Assembly (NCBI GenBank): GCA_963776245.1
Contig: CAVZLN010000006.1
Coordinates: forward strand, 672,001-736,000
DNA: 64,000 bases
DNA from: Candidatus Eiseniibacteriota bacterium
GTDB taxonomy: Bacteria > Eisenbacteria > RBG-16-71-46
Direction of reading: 5' to 3'
In this document: piece by piece, positions 20,582-28,851 of the stretch
How positions within the stretch are numbered: position 1 is the stretch's first letter
How the letters are laid out: the number at the start of each line of letters is the position of its first letter
Position numbers and translations under genes: made by a program
The notes under the pieces: generated by a model
What the model saw: only the letters and a program-made list of their open reading frames with translations
Databases searched by the model: none
Told to the model about the DNA's origin: nothing

Positions 20582-21496
20582 ATGAAGCGCCCCCGCTCCC
20601 GGGTGGCCGCGCTCGCAGGCGCCACCGCGGTCAGCCTCGCGCTCGCCGCGCCCACGCCCGCGTTCGCGTGCTCGATGTGCCGCTGCGACGATCCCGCGCA
20701 CACCCTCGCCGGCGAGCCCATGCTGCGCCAGCACTCCTGGCGCATCACCTTCGAGGCCGAGCGCTTCGCCAAGGACCAGGTGTCGGTCGAGGACCCCTCC
20801 CGACGCGAGGGCGAGACCGAGCTGCGCTACACCGCCGGCGCCGCGTGGACGCCGGCGCATCGCGTCACGCTACGCGCGCGCGCGGCAGTCAGCGACCGCA
20901 CGCTCACCGCCGGCGCGGAGCGCACCACGCGCGCCGGGGTCTCGGACCCCGAGCTGTCAGCCAACCTCGAGCTGATGCACACGTCCGGGGCGCACCCGCT
21001 CTGGATCGCGGCGCACGCGGGCGCACGGCTGCCGGCCGGGAGCAATGACCTGGAACTCGGCGGCGTGCGGCTGGAGGAGCACCTGCAGCCGGGCGCGGGC
21101 GCGGCCGGCGGCTTCGCCGGGCTCGGCGCGGTGCAGTCGCTCGGCGAGCACGACGCGCTCTACGCCGGCGTCACCGGCCGCTGGAACGGCACCAACTCGC
21201 ATGGCTATCGCTACGGCGGCGCGCTGGTCGCGCATGCCGGCTGGCAGCACGAGGTCCGGCCGTGGCTCGAGGCCGGGCCCGAGCTCGACTACCGCAGCGC
21301 GCGCCACGATCTGGATGCCGGCGAGCGCGACCCCAACACCGGCGGAGCGGTGCTCTACGTGACGCCGCGCGCCGAGCTGCGCATCAGTGAGCGGCTGGGG
21401 CTCCGGCTCGGAGTCCAGGTGCCGGTGGTCAGCGCGCTGTACGGCGACCAGCACGAGAAGGTGAACGTGCAGACCGGGCTCGTGCTGCGACGCTGA
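20582..21496 (+). CDS. Putative outer-membrane beta-barrel protein with N-terminal CxxCxC motif
   Basis: Signal peptide ending PAFA followed by CSMCRC; motifs GVSDPEL, LQPGAG, DPNTGGAVLYVTP, VQVPV; alternating beta pattern. Confidence 0.65.
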   Translation: MKRPRSRVAALAGATAVSLALAAPTPAFACSMCRCDDPAHTLAGEPMLRQHSWRITFEAERFAKDQVSVEDPSRREGETELRYTAGAAWTPAHRVTLRARAAVSDRTLTAGAERTTRAGVSDPELSANLELMHTSGAHPLWIAAHAGARLPAGSNDLELGGVRLEEHLQPGAGAAGGFAGLGAVQSLGEHDALYAGVTGRWNGTNSHGYRYGGALVAHAGWQHEVRPWLEAGPELDYRSARHDLDAGERDPNTGGAVLYVTPRAELRISERLGLRLGVQVPVVSALYGDQHEKVNVQTGLVLRR

Positions 21497-21596
21497 TCGC
21501 CGGCGTGGCCGCGCGGTGACCCACTGCACCGCCCCGGTGCTATCCTGCGCGCGTGCCGCTGCCCGCCGCCGGTCGCCCTCGCCCTGGAGGAAGTCG

Positions 21597-21632
21597 ATGA
21601 TGCCGTCGCCGCCACGGAGGACGACGGCATGA
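21597..21632 (+). promoter_or_regulatory. Leader uORF (MMPSPPRRTTA*) plus hairpin covering the glpD RBS and start
   Basis: ggagg at 21586-21590, ATG 21597, TGA 21630-21632 overlapping glpD ATG 21629; atgccgtcg (21600-21608) pairs with cgacggcat (21622-21630). Confidence 0.45.
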
Positions 21633-23086
21633 CGCCGCGGCGGGTGGACATCCTCGTGGTCGGCGGCGGGATCACCGGGCTCGGGGTGGCGCGGCTGGCA
21701 GCGCGACACGGGCTCACGGTCGCGCTGCTGGAGCGCGGCGACCTGGCCTCGGGCACCAGCAGCGTGTCGAGCCACATGCTGCACGGCGGTCTGCGCTACC
21801 TCGAGCAGGGGCGGATCGGGCTGGTGCGCGAGGCGCTCGCCGAGCGCACCGCGGTCGCGCACATGGCTCCCGGCCTCGCGCATCCGCGCCGGTTCCTCGT
21901 CCCGGTCTATCGCGGCACCCGCTTGCCGCTGTGGCGCCTGCGCGCCGGGCTGGCGCTCTACGACCTGCTGGCCGGTCGCCGCGGCCTCGCGCCGCACACC
22001 ATGGTGCGCGCGCGCGAGGTGCACGCGCTCGAGCCCGCGCTCGAGTCCGCGGATCTCTCGGGCGCCGGGCTCTATTCCGACGTGGTGATGGACGACGCCC
22101 GGCTCGCGGTGCTGGTGGCGCGCGACGCCGCGGCCCACGGGGCCGCCCTCCACACCTACGCCGAGCCGACCGGGGTGCGTCCCGGCGCGGAGGGCACCGT
22201 GACCGTCGAGGCGCGCGACGCGCTCGATGGCACGCGACTGGCGTTCGAGGCGCGTTCGGTGGTGAACGCCACCGGCCCGTGGGCCGACGGCGTGCGCGCG
22301 TTCCTGCTGGCCGGCCTGCGTCCCGGCCCGCCGCCCGCTCCCCTGCTGCGCCCGTCGCGCGGCGTGCACCTGGTGTATCCGCCGCTCACCCACGGCCACG
22401 GGCTGCTGCTGATCGCGCGTCACGACCGACGCGCGCTGTTCGTGGTGCCGCTGCCGGGTCACGCGCTGGTGGGCACCACCGAGATCGAGGTGCCCTCGCC
22501 GCCGCCGCCCGCGGCGTGGGCGCCCGACCCCGCCGAGATCGCCTACCTGCGCGCCGAGCTGGCGCGCGCGCTGCCCGGAGCCGCCGGCCTCGAGCCGCTC
22601 GCCGCCATCTCGGGCGTGCGCCCGTTGCTCGCCGGCTCCGGCGCGGTGGGCACCGCCTCGCGCGAGCACCGGGTGATCGCCGACGGCCCGGTGCTCACCG
22701 TGGCGGGCGGCAAGTACACCACCTTCCGCGTCATGGCGCGGGACGCCGTGAAGCACGTGCTGCGCGTGCTCGGCCGCCCCGCGCACGAGCTGCGCGACCC
22801 GGACGACGCCCTGCCGCCCCCGCCCGCTGCCGGGCTCGCGCTCGAGCACGTGGTGGACTTCGCGCTCGACACCGAGCACGCGCGGCGCGTGGACGACGTG
22901 CTGAGGCGCCGCACCACGCTGTGGCTCGACCCCCCGCGCGCGCGCGCCGCGGCCCCCCGCATCGCCGGACACATGGCGCGACGGCTGGGCTGGAGCGCGG
23001 AGCGCGAGCGCGACGAATTGCAGACCGCCCTCGCCGCCCGCGCGGCCGAAGCGCTCGCGCCCGGGCCCCCGCAGGAGAGACCATGA
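21629..23086 (+). CDS. glpD: FAD-dependent glycerol-3-phosphate dehydrogenase
   Basis: VVGGGITG, DLASGTSSVSSHMLHGGLRYLE, VVNATGPWAD, GVRPL, GGKYTTFR. Confidence 0.92.
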   Translation: MTPRRVDILVVGGGITGLGVARLAARHGLTVALLERGDLASGTSSVSSHMLHGGLRYLEQGRIGLVREALAERTAVAHMAPGLAHPRRFLVPVYRGTRLPLWRLRAGLALYDLLAGRRGLAPHTMVRAREVHALEPALESADLSGAGLYSDVVMDDARLAVLVARDAAAHGAALHTYAEPTGVRPGAEGTVTVEARDALDGTRLAFEARSVVNATGPWADGVRAFLLAGLRPGPPPAPLLRPSRGVHLVYPPLTHGHGLLLIARHDRRALFVVPLPGHALVGTTEIEVPSPPPPAAWAPDPAEIAYLRAELARALPGAAGLEPLAAISGVRPLLAGSGAVGTASREHRVIADGPVLTVAGGKYTTFRVMARDAVKHVLRVLGRPAHELRDPDDALPPPPAAGLALEHVVDFALDTEHARRVDDVLRRRTTLWLDPPRARAAAPRIAGHMARRLGWSAERERDELQTALAARAAEALAPGPPQERP

Positions 23087-24582
23087 AGCCCTCGCACGTC
23101 CTCGCCATCGACCAGGGCACCACCGGCACCACCGCGCTCGTGCTGTCGCGCCACGCCGACGTGCGCGGGCGCGGCTACGCCGAGCTGCCGCAGCACTACC
23201 CGAAGCCCGGCTGGGTGGAGCACGAGGGCGAGGAGATCTGGGCCAGCGTGCGCGCCGCGGTCGGGCGCGCGCTCCGCGCCGCGCGCCTGCGGCCCGGCGC
23301 CCTCGCGGCGATCGGCATCACCAACCAGCGCGAGACCGTGCTGGTGTGGGACCGGCGCACCGGGCGCCCGGTGGCGCGCGCCATCGTCTGGCAGGACCGT
23401 CGCACCGCCGCGCGCTGCGAGGCGCTGCGACGCGGCGGGCTCGGGCCCGAGGTGCGGCGGCGCACCGGGCTGGTGCTCGACCCGTACTTCTCGGCCTCCA
23501 AGCTGGAGTGGATGTTCCAGCACCACCGCGGGCTCGCGACGCGCGCGCGGCGCGGCGAGCTGGCGTGCGGGACGGTGGACACCTGGCTGCTGTGGAAGCT
23601 CACCGGCGGCGCCGTGCACGCCACCGACTTCACCAACGCCTCGCGCACCCTGCTGTTCGACATCGCGCGCCTGCGCTGGGACGACACGCTGCTCGCGCGC
23701 TTCGGTGTGCCGCGAGCCGTGCTGCCCGAGGCGCGACCGTCGAGCGGGGACTTCGGCGTGACTCGCGGGGTGCCCGGACTGCCCGACGGCATCCCGATCG
23801 CGGGCGTCGCGGGCGACCAGCAGGCGGCGCTGTTCGGCCAGGGGTGCGTCGCCGCCGGGGGCTCGAAGATCACCTACGGCACCGGCTGCTTCCTGCTGTT
23901 CCACACCGGGAGCCAGCGCGTGCGCTCGCGCTCCGGGTTGCTCACCACCGTGGCCTGCGACGCGAGCGGCGGTCCGGCCTACGCGCTCGAGGGCAGCGTG
24001 TTCATCGGCGGCGCCGCGGTCCAGTGGCTGCGCGACGGCCTCGGCGCCATCGCCACCGCGGCCGAGAGCGAGGCGCTGGCCCGCTCGGTGCCCGACAGCG
24101 GCGGCGTGACGCTGGTGCCGGCGTTCGTCGGGCTGGGCGCGCCCCACTGGCGCGCCGACGTGCGCGGCGCGCTGTTCGGACTCACGCGCGGCACCACCCG
24201 CGCCCATCTCGCCCGCGCCACGCTCGAGTCCATCGCGTTCCAGAGCGCCGACCTGGTCGAGGCGATGACGCGCGACGCGCGCGCGCGGCTGCGCACGCTG
24301 CGCGTGGACGGCGGCGCCGCGGCCAACGACCTGCTGATGCAGTACCAGGCCGACCTGCTCGGCATCCCGGTGGAGCGTCCGCGCGTGATCGAGACCACCG
24401 CGCTCGGCGCCGGACTGCTCGCCGGCCTGGGCGTCGGGCTGTGGAGCTCGCACCGCGAGCTCGGCCACGCGCGCCGCGTGGAGCGCGTGTTCCGGCCGCG
24501 CCGCACCGCGGCATGGCGCCGCTCCGAGCAGGCGCGCTGGCGGCAGGCGGTCGCCACGCTGCTGGCGGCGCCGCGCGCGTGA
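23083..24582 (+). CDS. glpK: Glycerol kinase
   Basis: AIDQGTTGT, GITNQRET, AIVWQDRR, DPYFSASK, GDQQAALFGQ, YGTGCF, YALEGSVF. Confidence 0.96.
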   Translation: MKPSHVLAIDQGTTGTTALVLSRHADVRGRGYAELPQHYPKPGWVEHEGEEIWASVRAAVGRALRAARLRPGALAAIGITNQRETVLVWDRRTGRPVARAIVWQDRRTAARCEALRRGGLGPEVRRRTGLVLDPYFSASKLEWMFQHHRGLATRARRGELACGTVDTWLLWKLTGGAVHATDFTNASRTLLFDIARLRWDDTLLARFGVPRAVLPEARPSSGDFGVTRGVPGLPDGIPIAGVAGDQQAALFGQGCVAAGGSKITYGTGCFLLFHTGSQRVRSRSGLLTTVACDASGGPAYALEGSVFIGGAAVQWLRDGLGAIATAAESEALARSVPDSGGVTLVPAFVGLGAPHWRADVRGALFGLTRGTTRAHLARATLESIAFQSADLVEAMTRDARARLRTLRVDGGAAANDLLMQYQADLLGIPVERPRVIETTALGAGLLAGLGVGLWSSHRELGHARRVERVFRPRRTAAWRRSEQARWRQAVATLLAAPRA

Positions 24583-24616
24583 GGCGCGGACCGCTTCACG
24601 GCCGCCCGACCGGCCG

Positions 24617-25597
24617 CTAGAAGCGCACCTGCAGCTGGGCGATCCCGGTGTCGGTGCGCGCCTGCCGGAGCCCGGTGCGGCGCCGCAGACCCTCGACCAG
24701 CAGCCGCACGCGCGCGGGCGCAAGCTCCACGTTGATGCCCACGGCGGTGGCGCGGACCCGCGTCGCGCGGCCGGCCCACGGCCGCTCGAACGCCTCGGTG
24801 CGGCCGAACACCTGCGCTCGCGGGATCACGCGATAGCCACCGAACACCGACCAGCCGCGGTCGTCCCGGTCGTGATCGCGACCGCGCCGGTGCCGGAGGA
24901 TGTACTCCCCGCGCAGCAGGGCGCCGCTCTGCTCGAGGCAGCCGTCGATGCCCCAGCGCAGGCTGTCGGGCCCGTCCCGGGAGAGGCTCGCCCCGAATCC
25001 CATCTGCGCGATGGGTGTGAGGGTCGCGCGGGCGACCGCGATGAGGTTCGAATCGCGGTTCGCCGAGGCGTTCTGCCCCTCGCCATTGAACACCCCCACG
25101 ACCAGGGTCGCGAGCGAGCCCCAGGCGTATTCCGTCTGCACGCCGAGGTCGTACTTCGGCGCCAGTGAGTCCACCACCACCGCGAGGTCCGCGGTCTCGA
25201 GCGCCGGGACCGGGATCAGGTACTCACGGCTGAACGGCGCCTTGAACTGTCCCGCGGTCACCGCCCACGGCGCGGCGCTCCAGCGCACGTAGCCCTCGCG
25301 CAGGCTGGGCGTGGACGGGCTCCTCGCTCCCGCGCTGGCCTCGAGCTCGACCAGCAGTCGATACGAGAAGCGCGCGGGGAGCGCGCCGTCGATGGAGAGG
25401 CGCGCGCGATTGAGCGTCGCGGTGATCCCCACCCGCTCCTGCGCGACCTCGCGCACCTGGATGTAGCCCCCGACCCTGGGCGCGGCGAGAGCGACCGAGG
25501 CCGGCGCCGCGAGACGGGCCGACTCGGTGCTGTCGAACGACGCGGGTCCGGGGCCGACCGCCAGGACCGAGATCATCAGCCCGACGAGAATCGTCAT
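24617..25597 (-). CDS. Anion-selective porin (OprO/OprP-like), divergent from the mod operon
   Basis: GGYIQVR, LNRARL, AGQFKAPFSRE, YDLGVQ, GVFNGEG; C-terminal Phe (QLQVRF). Confidence 0.75.
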   Translation of the reverse strand: MTILVGLMISVLAVGPGPASFDSTESARLAAPASVALAAPRVGGYIQVREVAQERVGITATLNRARLSIDGALPARFSYRLLVELEASAGARSPSTPSLREGYVRWSAAPWAVTAGQFKAPFSREYLIPVPALETADLAVVVDSLAPKYDLGVQTEYAWGSLATLVVGVFNGEGQNASANRDSNLIAVARATLTPIAQMGFGASLSRDGPDSLRWGIDGCLEQSGALLRGEYILRHRRGRDHDRDDRGWSVFGGYRVIPRAQVFGRTEAFERPWAGRATRVRATAVGINVELAPARVRLLVEGLRRRTGLRQARTDTGIAQLQVRF

Positions 25598-25636
25598 TGC
25601 CTTCTTCCCCAAGATGTCTGAAAATGCCGGTTGTCA

Positions 25637-25658
25637 GCGCTTAGAGGAATATAAGCGC
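25637..25658. promoter_or_regulatory. Palindromic operator candidate GCGCTTA-N8-TAAGCGC
   Basis: Perfect inverted repeat in the AT-richer gap between the porin and the HTH-TOBE regulator. Confidence 0.5.
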
Positions 25659-25690
25659 CATCAAAGGCCGATTCAAGCTGGAGGATCCCG

Positions 25691-26086
25691 ATGGACACGT
25701 TGACCGCCGAGCAGGCCGCCCAACTCCTCCACATCCACCCCAAGAGCGTGCAGGCGATGGCGCGCGCGGGCCGCCTGCCGGCCACCCGCGTGGGCCGCAA
25801 GTGGCTCTTCCACCGCGCCGACCTGCAGCGCCTGCTCGGCCGGCCGACGGCGCCGCTCGCCACCGAAGGGCTCGAGTCGCTCAGCGCCCGCAATCAGCTG
25901 CACGCCACGGTGGAGGCCATCCGCGTCGATGGCGTGATGGCCGAGGTGGCGCTGCGCGTCGGCGATCAGGCGCTGATCTCGATCATCACGCGCTCCTCCG
26001 CCGAGCGCCTCGGCCTCGCCATCGGCGACCACGTGTTCGCGGTCTTCAAGTCCACCGAGGTCATGGTGGCCAAGCCGCGGAGCTGA
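25691..26086 (+). CDS. Excisionase-type HTH + TOBE molybdate-responsive regulator
   Basis: LTAEQAAQLLHIHPKSV...GRLPATRVGRKWLF fused to LSARNQL...SIITRSSAERLGL...FKSTEVMV. Confidence 0.88.
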   Translation: MDTLTAEQAAQLLHIHPKSVQAMARAGRLPATRVGRKWLFHRADLQRLLGRPTAPLATEGLESLSARNQLHATVEAIRVDGVMAEVALRVGDQALISIITRSSAERLGLAIGDHVFAVFKSTEVMVAKPRS

Positions 26087-26092
26087 GGCCCG

Positions 26093-26896
26093 ATGACGCG
26101 CATCGCGCTGTGCTGGCTCGCCCTCGCGCTCGCCGCGCCCGCGCGCGCGGCGGCGCCCCCGCCGGTCGCCCTCACCGTGTTCGCCGCCGCGTCGCTCTCG
26201 GAGCCGTTCACCGAGCTGGGCGCACGGTTCGAGCGCGCACATCCGGGCATCGTGGTGCGCTTCTCGTTCGCGGGCTCGCAGCAGCTGGCGCTGCAGCTCG
26301 CCCAGGGCGCCGTCGCCGACGTCTTCGCCTCGGCCGACGAGCGCTGGATGCGGGACGCGGTCGCGAACGGCCGCGTGCAGGGCGCGCCGCGGCCGTTCGC
26401 GCGCAACCACCTGGTGGCCATCGTGCCGGCCACCAACCCGGCCCGCCTGCATGGCCTGCCCGACTTCGCGCGCTCCGGCGTGAAGCTGGTGATCGCCGCC
26501 GACGCCGTGCCGGCCGGGCGCTACGCGCGCCGCGCCATCGCGGCGCTCGCGCGCCAGCCGGGATTCCCGGCGGGATACGAGCGCCGCGTGCTCGCCAACG
26601 TGGTGTCCGAGGAGGACAACGTCAAGGCGGTGGCGGGCAAGGTGCGCCTCGGCGAAGCCGACGCGGGCTTCGTCTACCGCTCCGACGTGACCGGCCCGAT
26701 CGCGCGCTTCGTGCGCGTGTTCGATCTGCCGGGCGCGGCGGACGTGATCGCGGCCTACCCGGTGGCGCTGGTCCGCGACGCGCCGCAGCCGGCGGCCGCG
26801 CAGGCGTTCGTCGATCTGCTGTGCTCCCCCGACGGGCAGGTGGTGCTCGAGCGGCACGGCTTCTCGCCGCTGCCATCGTCCCCCGCGACGCCGTGA
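26093..26896 (+). CDS. modA: Molybdate ABC transporter substrate-binding protein
   Basis: VFAAASL, FAGSQQL, ADVFASA, VPAGRYA, GEADAGFVYRSD. Confidence 0.95.
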   Translation: MTRIALCWLALALAAPARAAAPPPVALTVFAAASLSEPFTELGARFERAHPGIVVRFSFAGSQQLALQLAQGAVADVFASADERWMRDAVANGRVQGAPRPFARNHLVAIVPATNPARLHGLPDFARSGVKLVIAADAVPAGRYARRAIAALARQPGFPAGYERRVLANVVSEEDNVKAVAGKVRLGEADAGFVYRSDVTGPIARFVRVFDLPGAADVIAAYPVALVRDAPQPAAAQAFVDLLCSPDGQVVLERHGFSPLPSSPATP

Positions 26897-27711
26897 GCGC
26901 GACCCCGGTCCGCGCGCTCGCCGGCGCGCTGCTGCGCGCGGGGGTGGCGCTGGCGCTCGGGCTGGTGCTCGTACTGGTGGCGCTGCCGCTGGTGGCGCTC
27001 GTGCTCCGCGTGGCTCCCGCCACCTTCCTCGCGCGGCTCGGCGAGCCCGCGGTGCTGGAGGCGCTGGCGCTGTCGCTGGTGACCAGCGGGTGCGCGACCG
27101 CGCTGGTGGTGGCGCTGGGTCTGCCGCTCGCCTGGCTGCTGAGCTCGCGCGCGTTCCCCGGCAAGCGCCTGCTCGAGGTGGTGGTGCTGCTGCCCATGGT
27201 GCTGCCGCCCACGGTGGGCGGGTTCGCGCTGCTGATGGCGTTCGGGCGCATGGGGCTCGCCGGGCGCGCGCTCGCGGCGTGCGGGGTGAGCCTGCCGTTC
27301 ACCACGCTCGGCGCGGTGGTGGCCCAGGCCTTCATGGCGGTGCCCTTCTTCGTGGTCGCGGCGCGCGCCGGGTTCGAGGCGGTGGAGCCGCGCTACCGCG
27401 AGGTGGCGGCCACGCTGCGCGCCTCCGAGGCGCGCGCGTTCTTCCAGGTGGTGCTGCCCCTGGCGCGCCCCGCGGTGCTCGCCGGCGTGGCGATGGCCGC
27501 GGCGCGCGCGCTCGGCGAGTTCGGCGCCACCATCACGTTCGCGGGCAACCGCCCCGGCGTCACCCAGACCATGCCGCTGGCGGTGTACGTGCAACTGCAG
27601 AGCGACCTCGACTCGGCGGTGGTGCTGTCGGTCGTCCTGCTCGCGATGTCGTTCGGGCTGTTGCTCGGCCTGCGCGCCGCGCCGCGCGGGCTGTTCGGGG
27701 GGCGCCCGTGA
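26893..27711 (+). CDS. modB: Molybdate ABC transporter permease
   Basis: LPMVLPPTVGGFALL, ARALGEFGATITFAGN, TQTMPLAVY. Confidence 0.95.
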   Translation: MSATPVRALAGALLRAGVALALGLVLVLVALPLVALVLRVAPATFLARLGEPAVLEALALSLVTSGCATALVVALGLPLAWLLSSRAFPGKRLLEVVVLLPMVLPPTVGGFALLMAFGRMGLAGRALAACGVSLPFTTLGAVVAQAFMAVPFFVVAARAGFEAVEPRYREVAATLRASEARAFFQVVLPLARPAVLAGVAMAAARALGEFGATITFAGNRPGVTQTMPLAVYVQLQSDLDSAVVLSVVLLAMSFGLLLGLRAAPRGLFGGRP

Positions 27712-28784
27712 GCCTGACCGCGCGTGTGACCCGGCGCCTCGGCTCCCTCGCGCTCGACGTGACGCTCGAGGCTCTCGCCGGCGAGACGCTGGCGCTGGTC
27801 GGCGAGAGCGGCTCGGGCAAGAGCACGACGCTGCGCCTGCTCGCCGGACTGGCGCGACCGGACTCCGGACGCATCGAGCTCGACGGGGAGACCTGGTTCG
27901 ATGCCGAGCGCCGCGTGGATCTCGCGGCGTGGCGGCGCGCGGTGGGCTGGGTGCCACAGGATTGGGCGCTGTTCCCCCACCTCGACGCGCTCGGCAACGC
28001 GGCGTTCGGCCTCCGCGCCCTCGGGCTCCCGGACCGCACGGCGCGGACACGCGCCGGGGCCGCGCTCGAACGACTGGGCGTGGCCGCGCTCGCTGCGCGG
28101 CGCCCGCACGAATTGTCAGGCGGCCAGCAGCAGCGGGTGGCGCTGGCCCGCGCCCTGGTGCTCGAGCCGCGCCTGCTGCTGCTGGACGAACCGCTCTCGG
28201 CGCTCGACGCGCGCACTCGCGAGGCGGTGCGCGGCGAGCTCAAGCGCCTGCTCGCCGGGCTGCCGTGCGTGACGATCTACGTCACCCACAGCGCGGTCGA
28301 GGCGTTCCTGTTCGGCGACCGCGTCGCGGTGCTCGAGGACGGCGCCATCCAGCAGTGCGCGCCGCCCGACGATCTCGCGCGGCACCCGCGCACGGCCACC
28401 GTCGCGGCGCTCACCGGCGTCAACCTGTTCCGCGGGCCGCTGCGGGTGGAGAGCCCCCGGCGGCTGGCGCACCTCGACACCGGCCGCGGCGTGCTCGCGG
28501 TGATCGATCCGGGCGGCGAAGGCGAGGCGTTCGCGGTGGTGGACCCGCGCGAGATCACGCTCTCGCGCGCGGCACCGGCCGGCAGCGCGCAGAACGTGCT
28601 GCGCGCGACCGTGATCGAACTGGTGCCCTCCCCCCCGCTCGGCGAGCGCCTGCGCGTCGCCCTCGACTCGGCACCGCCGCTGGTGGCCGAGATCACCCGC
28701 GAGGCGGCGGACGCGCTGGGCCTGCGCCCCGGGCTCGAGGTGCATGCCGCGTTCAAGGCCACCGGGGTGAAGGTGTTCCGCTAG
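27708..28784 (+). CDS. modC: Molybdate ABC transporter ATPase with C-terminal TOBE domain
   Basis: GESGSGKST, LSGGQQQRVALARAL, LLLDEPLSALD, SAQNVL...AFKAT. Confidence 0.92.
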   Translation: MSLTARVTRRLGSLALDVTLEALAGETLALVGESGSGKSTTLRLLAGLARPDSGRIELDGETWFDAERRVDLAAWRRAVGWVPQDWALFPHLDALGNAAFGLRALGLPDRTARTRAGAALERLGVAALAARRPHELSGGQQQRVALARALVLEPRLLLLDEPLSALDARTREAVRGELKRLLAGLPCVTIYVTHSAVEAFLFGDRVAVLEDGAIQQCAPPDDLARHPRTATVAALTGVNLFRGPLRVESPRRLAHLDTGRGVLAVIDPGGEGEAFAVVDPREITLSRAAPAGSAQNVLRATVIELVPSPPLGERLRVALDSAPPLVAEITREAADALGLRPGLEVHAAFKATGVKVFR

Positions 28785-28851
28785 ACCCGCCCGCAGCGGC
28801 CCGGCGTACGCCATCAAGGCCGCTGTCCGGGATGCCGATAACCCCGGCATC

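Noticed and set aside
25691..26086. Prophage/ICE excisionase
   Set aside because: The HTH is fused to TOBE and heads modABC; no integrase or att site nearby.
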